Origin: Sedimentisphaerales bacterium
GTDB lineage: Bacteria > Planctomycetota > Phycisphaerae > Sedimentisphaerales > SM23-30
Direction: 5' to 3'
DNA length: 64,000 bases
Assembly (NCBI GenBank): GCA_963663965.2
Contig: CAXXFK010000033.1
Location: forward strand, 128,001 to 192,000
Numbering within the stretch: position 1 is the first letter of the stretch; each line of letters starts with the position of its first letter. The notes beneath the pieces were generated by a model. That model had not been told where the DNA came from and made no database searches. It worked only from the letters and a program-made list of their open reading frames with translations. Positions 43,618 to 53,992 of this stretch are shown piece by piece. The position numbers were made by a program, and so were the translations under genes.

Positions 43618-46600
43618 ATGGCTAAAATGAGTTTATTTCTGGCGGTCTGTGTTCTTTGCCTGTCATCTTGTGTCTGGGCGTTTAATGGCCATCGTGTAAC
43701 GGAAGGGCCGTTGACGGTGACGATTGAACCGGTGGCCATGATGACCGAATACAATCAAGTTCAGCCGGTACTGGTGACATGTGCCAATCGTGGGGATCAG
43801 GCGCTCAATATTACCTTAAAACTGGGCGGACTGGTTGATCAATGGAAAGCATTCGATCAGACGGTTCAATCGATAACTGTTCCTGCGGGGCAATCAAGTC
43901 AGGCTACTTTCCAGATTGTCGCAGGTGAAGGGGTTTATTCCGCCTTATATCCGGTTCATATTGATGCCGGCTTTTCGTACGGGGGTACTCCTGCCAGCAT
44001 TCACGCGGTTCAGATTGTCGAAACCCGGTTTCCAACGGCTAATCAACAGTTTGGCGCCGAGTTGTCGCCGATTACCGTACTTCCTCAAGAAGGCGCGGAA
44101 CCGCTCTGTTCGTTGAAAAATCAGCAGGTGAGCTGGCACTTTTTCGATAAACCGACCGTCACCATGCCCTTGGGGTGGCGCGGTTCGGCGCCGGATTCAC
44201 GGGCGAGTTTCAGCATCCATCCGATCAGCCGGGGCGCGACAAAGCAGTCATTGGATATGCATCCTGCCTGGTATGGCGGGGCGGGTACGATATTCGCCGG
44301 TTATCGCCTTAAGTTACCTGCTACCAAGCCCATCCAGTTGGTATTTGCCAATGCCATACGAGATAACGGCGCGACGGAACCGGCCAGTGATGGGGTGACG
44401 TTTCGGGTCTGGGTGGATGATGAAAAGATTTTTGAACGTCATACCGACAGCAAGGTCTGGCTTGATGGTCAGGTTGATCTGAACCGGTTTGCCGGCCGAG
44501 AAATCACGTTGCGACTGGAAAATCATCCCGGTCCCAAACGCGATACGACCTGTGATTCTTCCTTTTGGGGGGAGCCAACGATATTGGTCGGTCGTTTACC
44601 CGAACGGCTCAGTCCGGCGGATCGAGATCAGATGAAGCAGCAGGCTCGTCAACTGCTAAAATCCACGCGGCCGCAAGCGCAAAAAAGCACATTTATTCCA
44701 CTCGAAAACGGTAATTCTGTGGCAGTGATTCCCGGTCCCAACGGTCTGATGGATGCTCAAATCGCCCTGGGAAATGCCGGGCGTAATGTGGTATTCGATG
44801 GGATACGAATTTCGATTCTGGGGGATACGGTGGGGCAGGATCGATCGCCGATTCTGGTTCGTTCGGTGACCAGCAAACAGCAGGGGCGGCGTTATCAGTG
44901 GGTTCATCACCTGTTGAGCCAGGATCGTCAGCTTGAACTGACTTTGACGTTATGGCCGGAAAAAAGCGGTTTGCGGATCGCGGTTGAATGTCCGGAACGG
45001 ATCACTGATTTCGCCCTGGGACCGGCGGATCGGACCGCGAATCGGGTTTATTATGGGCATGGGTATTGCATGGAGAATCCCGGCGCGTTTCGAGCCGGTT
45101 ATGGCGGGCATAATCTATCCACCAGTCATGTTGGCTTCGATTTTGATGGTGGGGTATCCCTGCTGGCGGCCGTGGATAATCCGCCGGATTATCTGGAAGT
45201 AACGCCGGCCGAAAAGATCTACACCCTGCATACCCACATGAACGCGACGATGACTCTGGTGCCGGGGACTGATGGGATATTTGATTGCGCCATTCGATAT
45301 CGTCCGTTATACGACAAAAAGCCTTCACCGGGTTACACGCGTAAGGCCGGGCGATTTGTATTTGATATCTGGGGCGGGCGTTATGATGACAACGCCCGGA
45401 TTATGCAGCAGATGGTTGATTATGGCCTGACTGATTCTTTGTTAACGCTGCATGTCTGGCAGCGCTGGGGTTATGATTACCGGCTGCCGGATATTTTTCC
45501 ACCCAATCCTCAGTTGGGGACCGTAGACGATATGCGTCAGGTGGCCAGGGTGTGCGAACCGCATGATATCCCCTGGGGGTTGCATGACAACTACATTGAT
45601 TTCTATCCGGACGCCGAGGATTATACCTACAAGGCGATCTGTTTTACCGATTCGGGGCAACCGATTAAGGCCTGGCTGAATGAAGGGCGCGACGCGCAGA
45701 GCTATCGCTGGCGACCGGACTGTATTATGCCGTTTGTTCAACGGAACCTCAAGCCTATCAAAGATGAACTGGGGCCGACTCATTATTTTATCGATGTCTT
45801 TACCTCTATCGATTGCTTCGATTTCTACGATGACCAGGGCCGGTTCCATCCCATGCTGGAAACCCGCCAATACTGGGGTGAGGCATTCCGCTGGATTCAG
45901 GATACGCTGGGTAACAATGCCGTTACCACCTCGGAGGCCGGCGATGATCTGCTGGTGGGTTATCTGGATGGTGCGGATTGTCAGTTTTTGCAGTTGACGA
46001 AAGAGCCCAGGGAATTCTGTTTAACGGTCAAGTGCGATGACTGGGAACGGACGCCCTGGTTCGATGCCGTATTGCATGACCGGTTCAGCTTGCATGGGGT
46101 TGGCTATTCCGGGCGGTATGAGGGCGGGCGGTCGCGCGTGGATCATGGGATTGAAAGTGATGATTATATCAGTGCCGAATTGCTGACCGGCCATGCCCTG
46201 ATGATGGACCGGGGCGGATTCGGGCGGGGAGCAGTGCGTAAGTATTGGCTGGCACAGGACTTTGTTCGTTCGATCGCTCAAACCACCATCCAACAGGTTG
46301 AGTATGTCGATAACGATATCCATCGCCAGATTATTCGCTGGGCGCCTGACGCAGTGGTGTATGTCAATCGTGGCGATACCGATTGGAACGTGGCCGGCAA
46401 GGTGTTGCCGCCGTTTGGTTATTATGCCCGCAATGGCGCGATTGAATCGAGTATTGAACGTCTCGAGGATATTATCGTTGAGCGTTCGAGCGGTCCGGAT
46501 GGGTTTTATGTCAATGGCCGGGGGGAGGGAGTTGACAATCGTTTACAGGTTCAACCGGTAGCGTCCGGCGTTGACTATCGCGGGAACCGGCTGTTTGATT

Positions 46601-47274
46601 TGACGGTTGACTGGGAGATTAACCGGCCGATCCAGAAGGATCTTTCGATATTCCTGCACTTCCTTGACAGTCAATCCAGTCGGTCGGATAAAATCGTATT
46701 CCAGGGCGATATGAGGCCTGCCGTTGGGATCAGTCAATGGTCAATCGGGAAGGTTTCGACCGGGGGGGATCGGTCGATTCGTATTCCGGATACGCTGGGG
46801 CCGGGTGAATATGATATCGTGATTGGACTTTGGGATCCGGCCAATGGCCGACGCTATCCGATGCAGGGAGATGATATTGACAGCCAGCGGTACCTGTTGG
46901 GCAAGCTGGTGGTAGAGGGGGAGGGGCAGACAATCAGCAATGTCCGATTGGTTAAACATGCCCCCAGACCGCAAACGCCGAGTCGCTGGAATGTGGCTGG
47001 GCAGGCCATTGATTTCGGCGCTATTCAGACGGCCGGTTCGATGCGATGTCAAAGGCGCGGCGATGGGTTCATTTTGATGCCGTTGCCGGGCAGTGAGCCA
47101 TTTAGCGTTACTTTGGCTTTGAATAAGCTAAGCAGGAATGACGTCCGGAAGGACTGGACTTTGTCTGCGGTTGACCGTGCGGGTAAGGTGATTCGTCCGG
47201 TTGACTATCAAATGGTGGCTGGGAAGCTGACTTTTACGACGGTTAAGGATGAGTTTGGTTATCAGTTGCGATAG
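43618..47274 (+). CDS. Large secreted multidomain protein, probable glycoside hydrolase (DUF5696/GH101-like barrel) with beta-sandwich modules
   Basis: Signal peptide; SDGVTFRV carbohydrate-binding-like module; WQRWGYDYRLPD, GLHDNYIDFY, YFIDVF, TSEAG. Confidence 0.65.
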   Translation: MAKMSLFLAVCVLCLSSCVWAFNGHRVTEGPLTVTIEPVAMMTEYNQVQPVLVTCANRGDQALNITLKLGGLVDQWKAFDQTVQSITVPAGQSSQATFQIVAGEGVYSALYPVHIDAGFSYGGTPASIHAVQIVETRFPTANQQFGAELSPITVLPQEGAEPLCSLKNQQVSWHFFDKPTVTMPLGWRGSAPDSRASFSIHPISRGATKQSLDMHPAWYGGAGTIFAGYRLKLPATKPIQLVFANAIRDNGATEPASDGVTFRVWVDDEKIFERHTDSKVWLDGQVDLNRFAGREITLRLENHPGPKRDTTCDSSFWGEPTILVGRLPERLSPADRDQMKQQARQLLKSTRPQAQKSTFIPLENGNSVAVIPGPNGLMDAQIALGNAGRNVVFDGIRISILGDTVGQDRSPILVRSVTSKQQGRRYQWVHHLLSQDRQLELTLTLWPEKSGLRIAVECPERITDFALGPADRTANRVYYGHGYCMENPGAFRAGYGGHNLSTSHVGFDFDGGVSLLAAVDNPPDYLEVTPAEKIYTLHTHMNATMTLVPGTDGIFDCAIRYRPLYDKKPSPGYTRKAGRFVFDIWGGRYDDNARIMQQMVDYGLTDSLLTLHVWQRWGYDYRLPDIFPPNPQLGTVDDMRQVARVCEPHDIPWGLHDNYIDFYPDAEDYTYKAICFTDSGQPIKAWLNEGRDAQSYRWRPDCIMPFVQRNLKPIKDELGPTHYFIDVFTSIDCFDFYDDQGRFHPMLETRQYWGEAFRWIQDTLGNNAVTTSEAGDDLLVGYLDGADCQFLQLTKEPREFCLTVKCDDWERTPWFDAVLHDRFSLHGVGYSGRYEGGRSRVDHGIESDDYISAELLTGHALMMDRGGFGRGAVRKYWLAQDFVRSIAQTTIQQVEYVDNDIHRQIIRWAPDAVVYVNRGDTDWNVAGKVLPPFGYYARNGAIESSIERLEDIIVERSSGPDGFYVNGRGEGVDNRLQVQPVASGVDYRGNRLFDLTVDWEINRPIQKDLSIFLHFLDSQSSRSDKIVFQGDMRPAVGISQWSIGKVSTGGDRSIRIPDTLGPGEYDIVIGLWDPANGRRYPMQGDDIDSQRYLLGKLVVEGEGQTISNVRLVKHAPRPQTPSRWNVAGQAIDFGAIQTAGSMRCQRRGDGFILMPLPGSEPFSVTLALNKLSRNDVRKDWTLSAVDRAGKVIRPVDYQMVAGKLTFTTVKDEFGYQLR

Positions 47275-47583
47275 GGGGATGGACAGGCCAGTTGTGGTGG
47301 CCGCCAGTTGATGACTGGCGGTGGAGGGGATTGTTGCATTTTGTTATTATGAACATGTTGTAAGTGTCTTATAATAAAAGCGATACGGGAGTTTTTGCGT
47401 TCATTGGCTTCGTTTCGCTTGGGATGCTGTTGGCTTATTCGGGGCCGGATGGGCTTTCTTTTCAGGAGGAGCGTATGTGGTTTTTAAAGAGCTTGGCGGT
47501 AGTTGCCTGGTAGCGATTTTCTGTTCGCCTTATTTATTTCTAAGTATATTATATAGCTTAAGTTAAGGCTTATTTGTTAACCA

Positions 47584-47636
47584 TTGGGTTCGTTTGGCAG
47601 TTCTGTTTTTCTGGGTGCTGGTTATCACTTGGTTTT
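47584..47636 (+). repeat. ~53-bp direct repeat, left copy
   Basis: TTGGGTTCGTTTGGCAGTTCTGTTTTTCTGGGTGCTGGTTATCACTTGGTTTT, 3 mismatches to the copy at 51319. Confidence 0.9.
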
Positions 47637-47903
47637 ACTGTAAACTAAAAAATTCACCGAGACGGATGGCATTGCCAATCCCTTTTGCGCGCGGATCCAA
47701 AACTGTTTGTTGCACAAGAGGGACAGACCGAATCAATAGGATAATTATTTTATGATTTTATTATAGACGGTGTTGCTGGTTAAGTCAATAAAATAAAATA
47801 TTAATTAATCTAAAAACATTGGGCGCCATGTTTCTTTTACTGTCCAATCATGACAGCCCTTTTTTTCGGCTTACTGAGAGAATTCTTATGCTCGATAATT
47901 AGA

Positions 47904-47969
47904 TTGACACAATAATTAAATTTCTGTATAAAAATTTACGATATACGTTTTGTAGGCGTAATACGTAAA
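47904..47969 (+). promoter_or_regulatory. abiE operon promoter with downstream inverted repeat (putative AbiEi operator)
   Basis: TTGACA-N17-TATAAA (47904-47932), then imperfect palindrome TTTACGATATACG...CGTAATACGTAAA (47935-47969). Confidence 0.65.
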
Positions 47970-47979
47970 GAATAATACA

Positions 47980-48759
47980 ATGATAAGATTTGGACCAAAA
48001 GAATCCGAGGTAATGGCTCGCCTGTCCTATGAGAAAGCCACGGTTGTCACTAATAAACAGCTTGAAACGCTTTTTGGTGAGTCTGTCCTGGTCCGCCAGG
48101 TGATTTATCAGCTCAGAAAAAAGGGTATCCTCAAGCCCATTACGAAAGGCGTTTATTACTATTCTCCCTTAGAGGCGGGACCTGCTGGAATCCGTATCAA
48201 CGAATTTCTCATCCCCCCGGTTCTGTTCCCACATGGGAATTACTATGTGGGATACTCGAATATGTATCATTTCTACGGGTTCACCGACCAGATCTACCAA
48301 ACGATGTATGTTTTAAATACCTCCCTGCAACGCCAGCGTCAGATAGGTGGAATCCCATTCAAACTGCTGAAGATCCCCCCCGGTCGAATGTACGGATTGG
48401 AGCGGGTCAGAATAAAAGGTACCGAGGTCATCGTCAGCGACAAAGAACGAACACTGGTCGATCTTGTCTATTTTTCGAAACCGGTGGGCGGCCTTAAACC
48501 GGCATTCAGCCTGGTCAAGGAGCAGGTCACGGCCCAAACGATTGACATCGAGACATTCATTCAATATACGATGTCTTTTCCGGTTAAAGCTGTCCAGAAA
48601 AGAATCGGATTTATTCTGGATAGTTGCCGGACAGACGATAAGTTTCTCAAGCCGCTGCAAAAGAAAATACAGGATACCTCCTTGATTACGCTCTACGGTT
48701 CTAAGTCGCGTAAAGGAACCATTGACAATAAATGGAAAGTGATTATTGATGCTTCATGA
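47980..48759 (+). CDS. Type IV toxin-antitoxin AbiEi-family antitoxin / transcriptional regulator
   Basis: wHTH-like LRKKGILKPITKGVY, YYVGYS..HFYGFTDQ, VSDKERTLVD, QKRIGFIL, KWKVI. Confidence 0.88.
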   Translation: MIRFGPKESEVMARLSYEKATVVTNKQLETLFGESVLVRQVIYQLRKKGILKPITKGVYYYSPLEAGPAGIRINEFLIPPVLFPHGNYYVGYSNMYHFYGFTDQIYQTMYVLNTSLQRQRQIGGIPFKLLKIPPGRMYGLERVRIKGTEVIVSDKERTLVDLVYFSKPVGGLKPAFSLVKEQVTAQTIDIETFIQYTMSFPVKAVQKRIGFILDSCRTDDKFLKPLQKKIQDTSLITLYGSKSRKGTIDNKWKVIIDAS

Positions 48760-49714
48760 CAACAAAGAAGAATGGATAAGGGTATTGGAAACAACTTCAG
48801 CCCAGACGGGATTTCCATTGCTGCTTTTGGAAAAGGATTATTATTTGACTTTACTTCTGTCCAAAATCAATACCATCAGCGACGATTTAATCTTCAAAGG
48901 TGGAACGTGCTTGAATAAGGTTTACTATTCTTATTCCCGCCTCAGCGAAGATCTTGATTTTACCTTACGCCTGCCCTCAGACCAGCCCACTCGAGCAATA
49001 AGAAGGCAAGCAATCCAACCGGTGAAAGATAATATATTATCCTATGTCCAGAGATTTGGAATGACTATTGAGAGTCTGGACCATATCGGGTTCAATCAAT
49101 CGACCCAGTATATCATTTTCATCGATTACGATTCTGTCGTCATTGAAAAGCCGCAATCTGTTAAGCTTGAAATCGGACTCCGGTTCAATCCAATCCTGCC
49201 AACCCAGAAAAAGGCCATCGCGCACCGATTCCTTCACCCATTTACACGGCAACCTTTCTTTGATGGAGGGTCTGTGTTCTGCCTGGACTTGACAGAAATT
49301 GTTGCCGAAAAAATGAGAGCCGGCGCGACGCGCCTGAATATCGCTCCCAGAGATTTCTATGATTTGGGGTCTATTATCCAATCGGGATTCGATTTTAGCA
49401 ATCCCAACGTATGGGAAATATTTCAAACCAAGCTTGCTGAAGATGGTTTCGATACAGACTTGTCCAAATACCGCATTAACCTAGGACGTTCGCAGACTGA
49501 AATATCAGATATGGTATCCAGAATAGAAGCAGAACTGCTGGCGGTTTTGACACCACAGGAACAAAGGTCTTTCGATTTGGATCAAACACTTCTCAAGATC
49601 AATAAAATTATTGTAACAATTCACACTTTTTTTAAAAATAACAAGAAAAAAGATTGCGCCCTGCACAACCATCTGTTATACCATAAGTTATGGATGACAA
49701 AGATATTGTTATAG
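48746..49714 (+). CDS. AbiEii/AbiGii-family nucleotidyltransferase toxin; C-terminus altered by an IS insertion
   Basis: LEKDYY, FKGGTCL, RLSEDLDF, EIVAEK, PRDFYD; reads into the IS left end after KINKII. Confidence 0.9.
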   Translation: MMLHDNKEEWIRVLETTSAQTGFPLLLLEKDYYLTLLLSKINTISDDLIFKGGTCLNKVYYSYSRLSEDLDFTLRLPSDQPTRAIRRQAIQPVKDNILSYVQRFGMTIESLDHIGFNQSTQYIIFIDYDSVVIEKPQSVKLEIGLRFNPILPTQKKAIAHRFLHPFTRQPFFDGGSVFCLDLTEIVAEKMRAGATRLNIAPRDFYDLGSIIQSGFDFSNPNVWEIFQTKLAEDGFDTDLSKYRINLGRSQTEISDMVSRIEAELLAVLTPQEQRSFDLDQTLLKINKIIVTIHTFFKNNKKKDCALHNHLLYHKLWMTKILL

Positions 49715-51077
49715 CGCAGCTGCTCCAAGAGGTCGCTTCCTTACGCGAAGAAGTAAGGCAGCTCAAAGAAGAAATTGCTCGGCTCAAGAAAGATTCGAGC
49801 AATTCGTCCAAGCCGCCCTCAAGTGATATTGTCAAACCCAAGAGGCCTTCCGCTAAGGCTAGTCGCAAAAAACGCAACCGGGGTGGCCAGCATGGGCATA
49901 AAAAGTTTTCGCGTCAACCGTTTGAAGAAGTTGACCACACATTTGAATACGAGTTGGCAGACAAAGACGCCGTGGGCCTTAAGCCTCTGGATGCCTGGTT
50001 TGTCATTCAACAAATCGGATTGCCGGAGAAAATGTACCAGGTGATTGAGCATCGAGCCAGAAAGTACCGAAACCCTGTGACAGGAAAGGTCCAGATCACC
50101 CCCTTGCCGAACGAGATTCGTAAAGGGGGATTGCTGGGTGCGGACCTGACGGCGTTGGTGTCCTATTTGAAAGGCGCCTGCCATATGTCGTATAGCACCA
50201 TTCAGGGTTTTTTCCAGCAGGTGATGAAGCTGGAGGTTTCTCGCGGCATGCTTGGCAAGGCGGTTCAGAAGGGATCGAGCGCCTTGGGCCGATCGTATGA
50301 TGAACTGGCCGACCGATTGCCGAACGAACCGCAGGTCAATATCGATGAGACAGGCCATCATGACAATGGCAAGCTGCACTGGACCTGGTGTTTTGATACC
50401 GGCGCCTACAGTTTGTTTAAGATTGATCCGTCGCGCGGCAGCGGCGTGCTGGAAACCATGCTTGGTAAAACCTTTGCCGGGATCATTGGGGCCGATTACT
50501 GGGGCGCCTATCGCAAGTATGCCCGGTTGTTTGGTGTTCGTGTTCAGTATTGCATGGCTCACTTGATTCGAGACGTTCGTTTTCTGGCCGAGCATCGCGT
50601 GCCCGCACTGTCTCGCTGGGGAACAAAATTGCTGGCATGGCTCAAAAAACTGTTTGACACCCTGCATCGGCGGGACGCCTTGACGCCACCGGGCTGGTTG
50701 CGTTCGATGGCGCGCCTCAAAACCGGCTTTTTGAAGCAAATGCGAAGGCCGCCGAATCACAAACTGGCCCAGAAACTGGCCAAACGATTTAAGGGCAATG
50801 CCGCAACCGATTACTTCCGATTTTTGACGGAGCCGGCTATCGAACCCACCAATAATGGCACGGAGCGCCAAATTCGCACCGTGGTGATTGACCGACGGAT
50901 CACGCAAGGAACGCGCGGCCAGGCAGGTATGCGCTGGTGCGAACGCATCTGGACAACGGTAGCGACCTGTAAAAAACAGCATTAGAATGCCCTTGATTTT
51001 ATCCATAAATCAATTATTGCTCATTGGAGCAACATAAAATATCCATCGTTAATCTGTCAGAATGTGTGAACGGTTAC
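49613..51077 (+). mobile_element. IS66-family insertion sequence (single-ORF, ISBst12-like), 1465 bp
   Basis: Terminal IRs GTAACAATTCACAC / GTGTGAACGGTTAC; 8-bp target duplication AAATTATT at 49605-49612 and 51078-51085. Confidence 0.95.
49690..51069 (+). pseudogene. IS66-family transposase with in-frame TAG at 50983-50985
   Basis: Coiled coil plus SSNSSKPPSSD, IDETG, QYCMAHLIRD, EPTNNGTER. After KKQH* the frame continues NALDFIHKSIIAHWSNIKYPSLICQNV*. Confidence 0.8.
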
Positions 51078-51112
51078 AAATTATTGAACAAGCAATATAA
51101 TCTTATTACCAA

Positions 51113-51298
51113 TTACCAATTGAATTGTTGCCGGTCTAAATTGACCTCCCATTCTTCGGTTTCGACATGAACAAGGGGATCGATGTTGTTTGCCTTGCGA
51201 GTTGCCAATTTCATCCACAAATCCAATTCACTGCCTTCATCGATCCTGTTGTGTCTTTTTATGACTAAATTTTGAATAGAAGAAACGTATTCTCGACA
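51113..51298 (-). pseudogene. 3' remnant of a hypothetical gene
   Basis: Start-less open frame CREYVSSIQNLVIKRHNRIDEGSELDLWMKLATRKANNIDPLVH..., cut off next to the direct repeat; protein-like composition. Confidence 0.4.
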
Positions 51299-51318
51299 CT
51301 ACTGCGGCATTTTGTTTG

Positions 51319-51371
51319 TTGGGTTCGTTTGGCAGTTCTGTTTTTCAGGGTGTTGGTTATCACTCGGTTTT
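51319..51371 (+). repeat. ~53-bp direct repeat, right copy
   Basis: TTGGGTTCGTTTGGCAGTTCTGTTTTTCAGGGTGTTGGTTATCACTCGGTTTT. Confidence 0.9.
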
Positions 51372-51885
51372 TTTGAAAATAAAAAGCGGTCTCCGATACG
51401 GGTAGCCGCGCTAAGCCACATTACGTGTGGGACCGAACAGTTTGGCACCCAGGGTTTGTGGCAGAGTAGCGGGTTAATTACATACGACTTTGGTATTGTA
51501 GGGCATGTTTGATTAAAAGTCAAATTAATAATATGTTTATTAAAAAGAAAACAAGATTGTTCAAGATCCCAAGTGTAAACCAATATAAATTCTGGCGTCT
51601 TTTCGATCTGATCAGGATATTGCTCGGCAATTAAGGCTGTTTTTTGAGGTGTATCCCGGTCTATAAATAGGTATTGGTTTTCATAGCGTAGCGACTGGTT
51701 ATCCATGGTCTGTGGCATTGTACTGCTATGATAACAGGCAAGAAGGCGAAAAGGGCGAAAAGACGAAAAAATGGCCCGTGGCCTGGTTGCTTGCTGGATT
51801 GGCACGGGAACTTCGGTTTTGAGGATAAGCGTTATAATACTAAGTCAAAATTGGCACTAATAAAACAAGAAATGATACGTGACGC

Positions 51886-52461
51886 ATGAAAAACAAGAAT
51901 GGGAAGGATAGTGATACAAAAAAGGGGAATATTGCCCGAACAGCGGAGTCTGGACTTTCCGATCAAAAGCTCTATACCTGGGCCCAGGCGTATCCGGGGG
52001 TATTGGAAGCGAAGATCATTCCGCCGAAAGAGGTTGAGACGGCGGCCTGGGTTAGGCTGAAGTGCCAGTATGGATGCAGCGGATATGGCTTGTGTCTGGT
52101 GTGTCCCCCGTATACTCCAACGCCGGACGAAATGCGGCGGGTACTGGACTGTTATTCAAGAGGACTTCTGCTGCATTGCGACAAAGATACCGATGTGAAG
52201 GCGCTGGTCGCGAAGCTGGAACGGGAGATTTTTCTGAAGGGGGCCTGGAAGGCCTTTGGACTGGGGGCCGGGCCGTGCTATTTCTGTAAGGACTGCTCCC
52301 TGGCAGACCAGGTGTGCCGTCATCCGGAAGAGGCCCGACCCGCCATGGAGGCTTGCGGGATCGATGTGTTTTCAACGGTCCGGAAATTTGGATTTCCGAT
52401 CGAAGTGGTAAAGAACACTCGGCAGTGTCCCCATTATTATGCCCTGGTGCTGGTGGACTGA
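51886..52461 (+). CDS. DUF2284 (CGGC-like) Cys-rich metal-binding protein
   Basis: WVRLKCQYGC..YG.CL.CPP, AGPCYFCKDC, CRHPEEARPAMEACGIDV. Confidence 0.88.
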   Translation: MKNKNGKDSDTKKGNIARTAESGLSDQKLYTWAQAYPGVLEAKIIPPKEVETAAWVRLKCQYGCSGYGLCLVCPPYTPTPDEMRRVLDCYSRGLLLHCDKDTDVKALVAKLEREIFLKGAWKAFGLGAGPCYFCKDCSLADQVCRHPEEARPAMEACGIDVFSTVRKFGFPIEVVKNTRQCPHYYALVLVD

Positions 52462-52867
52462 GGGGCAATGGGGTGGGGGTGTGGCATGAAGGTGTATTCA
52501 CTTGCAATTTGTCTGAAATTCCTTGTTTATGCCCTGAATTTTCCAAGTAGGAGTCTGATTGCCCAACTGATATCCGGTCAGGAAAACCACATGGTGATGA
52601 TGGGGGTGTTCTTTCGTCATTGTTTATAACTTATTTATATACAGTGACATAGGAAGTTTTGTCTAATCATTGCCTATTTTTTGATGTTCGAAATGGTTAA
52701 ATGAGCCGGTATGGTTTGGCCGTTGAAACGCTATCCGATGAAAATTTCATAAAAATCCAAAGACTATTTGACTTGACATAATATATTGACGAAATATAAA
52801 ATGACAAGTATGCTTGACATGTTATGGAATATAAAATAAAAGTGTAAATTTTAGGTATGGTGTCAAT

Positions 52868-53992
52868 ATGAATCCCCATGAAGTCGTATCCCTGAATATT
52901 AAACGAATCAGAATCAGTCGCGGGATATCCCAGACTGGCCTGGCTAAGTCCGCTAACATTTCTCGTCAAGCATTTATTGATATTGAAAGTGGGAAGACCA
53001 AAGAGCCCAGGGTTAGTAATCTTCAGTCAATCGCCGATGCACTGGAGGTTCCCATTGTAGCATTGTTTGAAGAACCTCTCCAGCTTACTACCGTTCGTTT
53101 TCGAAGCAATTCAATAAAGACCCAAAAAGAGAAAGCCAAAAAACAACAATACTTAATCGATGCTGCTTACTGGCTTAAGAATTTTAACTACCTGCAATCT
53201 GTCGTTTCAGACAAGAAAGAAGCTAAGCTCCAAGAGGTCTTTCAAAATGCAGATAAACTGAAAACCGATCGTCCAAGAAAAGCTGCTGAATTGACCAGGT
53301 CGTCACTAGGATTAAAAGAAGATGAACCCATTGGAGATATTATAGGTTTAGTTGAAAGTGCGAGTATCAAAATTAAAACCCAAGCGTTTGACCTGAAGAA
53401 TTTCTTTGGCTTTTCTATTTCTGAGTCGGATGGCGGCCCTGCTATCGTGGTAAATAATAGTTCCAAAATATCCATCGAAAGACAAATATTTACTGTGGCT
53501 CACGAACTTGGCCATCTGATTCTGCATCCCAAGGCATATGATCCAATAAAGAATGATGAGCCAGACCAGGAAGAAAAAGAAGCAGATATCTTCGCAGGGT
53601 ATTTCTTGATGCCGGCTGAGGCTTTCAAGAAGAAATTCAATGAATCGTATGGGCTTGGATTTGTTGATAGAGTATTACATATCAAACGTTTTTTTTGTGT
53701 AAGTTATCAGGCAGTCTTACATCGATTGTCTGACATGGGACTTGGCGACTACGGAAAACTCTCGGCCAAGTTTCATGCAATCTATAAATGTCAATATGGG
53801 GAAAGCCTGACCTTACATAAAGAGCCTTTCCCCCTGGTTAAACCTGACTTTGTAGAAGATTATCTTATGTCACTTGTCAGGAAAGCTTTAGATAAGACAG
53901 AGATTACTGTCAGTCGAGCTGCTGAGATTTTAAATGTGTCGCTCATGGATATGAGAGAAATAATCAATTCATGGGCGGAAATAGCAGCATGA
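52868..53992 (+). CDS. XRE-family HTH fused to ImmA/IrrE (DUF955) Zn metallopeptidase
   Basis: RISRGISQTGLA..ISRQAFIDIESGK HTH; RQIFTVAHELGHL, EKEADIFAGYFLMP. Confidence 0.92.
   Translation: MNPHEVVSLNIKRIRISRGISQTGLAKSANISRQAFIDIESGKTKEPRVSNLQSIADALEVPIVALFEEPLQLTTVRFRSNSIKTQKEKAKKQQYLIDAAYWLKNFNYLQSVVSDKKEAKLQEVFQNADKLKTDRPRKAAELTRSSLGLKEDEPIGDIIGLVESASIKIKTQAFDLKNFFGFSISESDGGPAIVVNNSSKISIERQIFTVAHELGHLILHPKAYDPIKNDEPDQEEKEADIFAGYFLMPAEAFKKKFNESYGLGFVDRVLHIKRFFCVSYQAVLHRLSDMGLGDYGKLSAKFHAIYKCQYGESLTLHKEPFPLVKPDFVEDYLMSLVRKALDKTEITVSRAAEILNVSLMDMREIINSWAEIAA

Noticed and set aside
49819..51006. 395-aa minus-strand ORF inside the IS
   Set aside because: Antisense shadow of the GC-rich transposase; no motifs
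51299..51805. 168-aa minus-strand ORF
   Set aside because: No clear RBS or motif, and it runs through the non-coding direct repeat; may contain a remnant but cannot be supported
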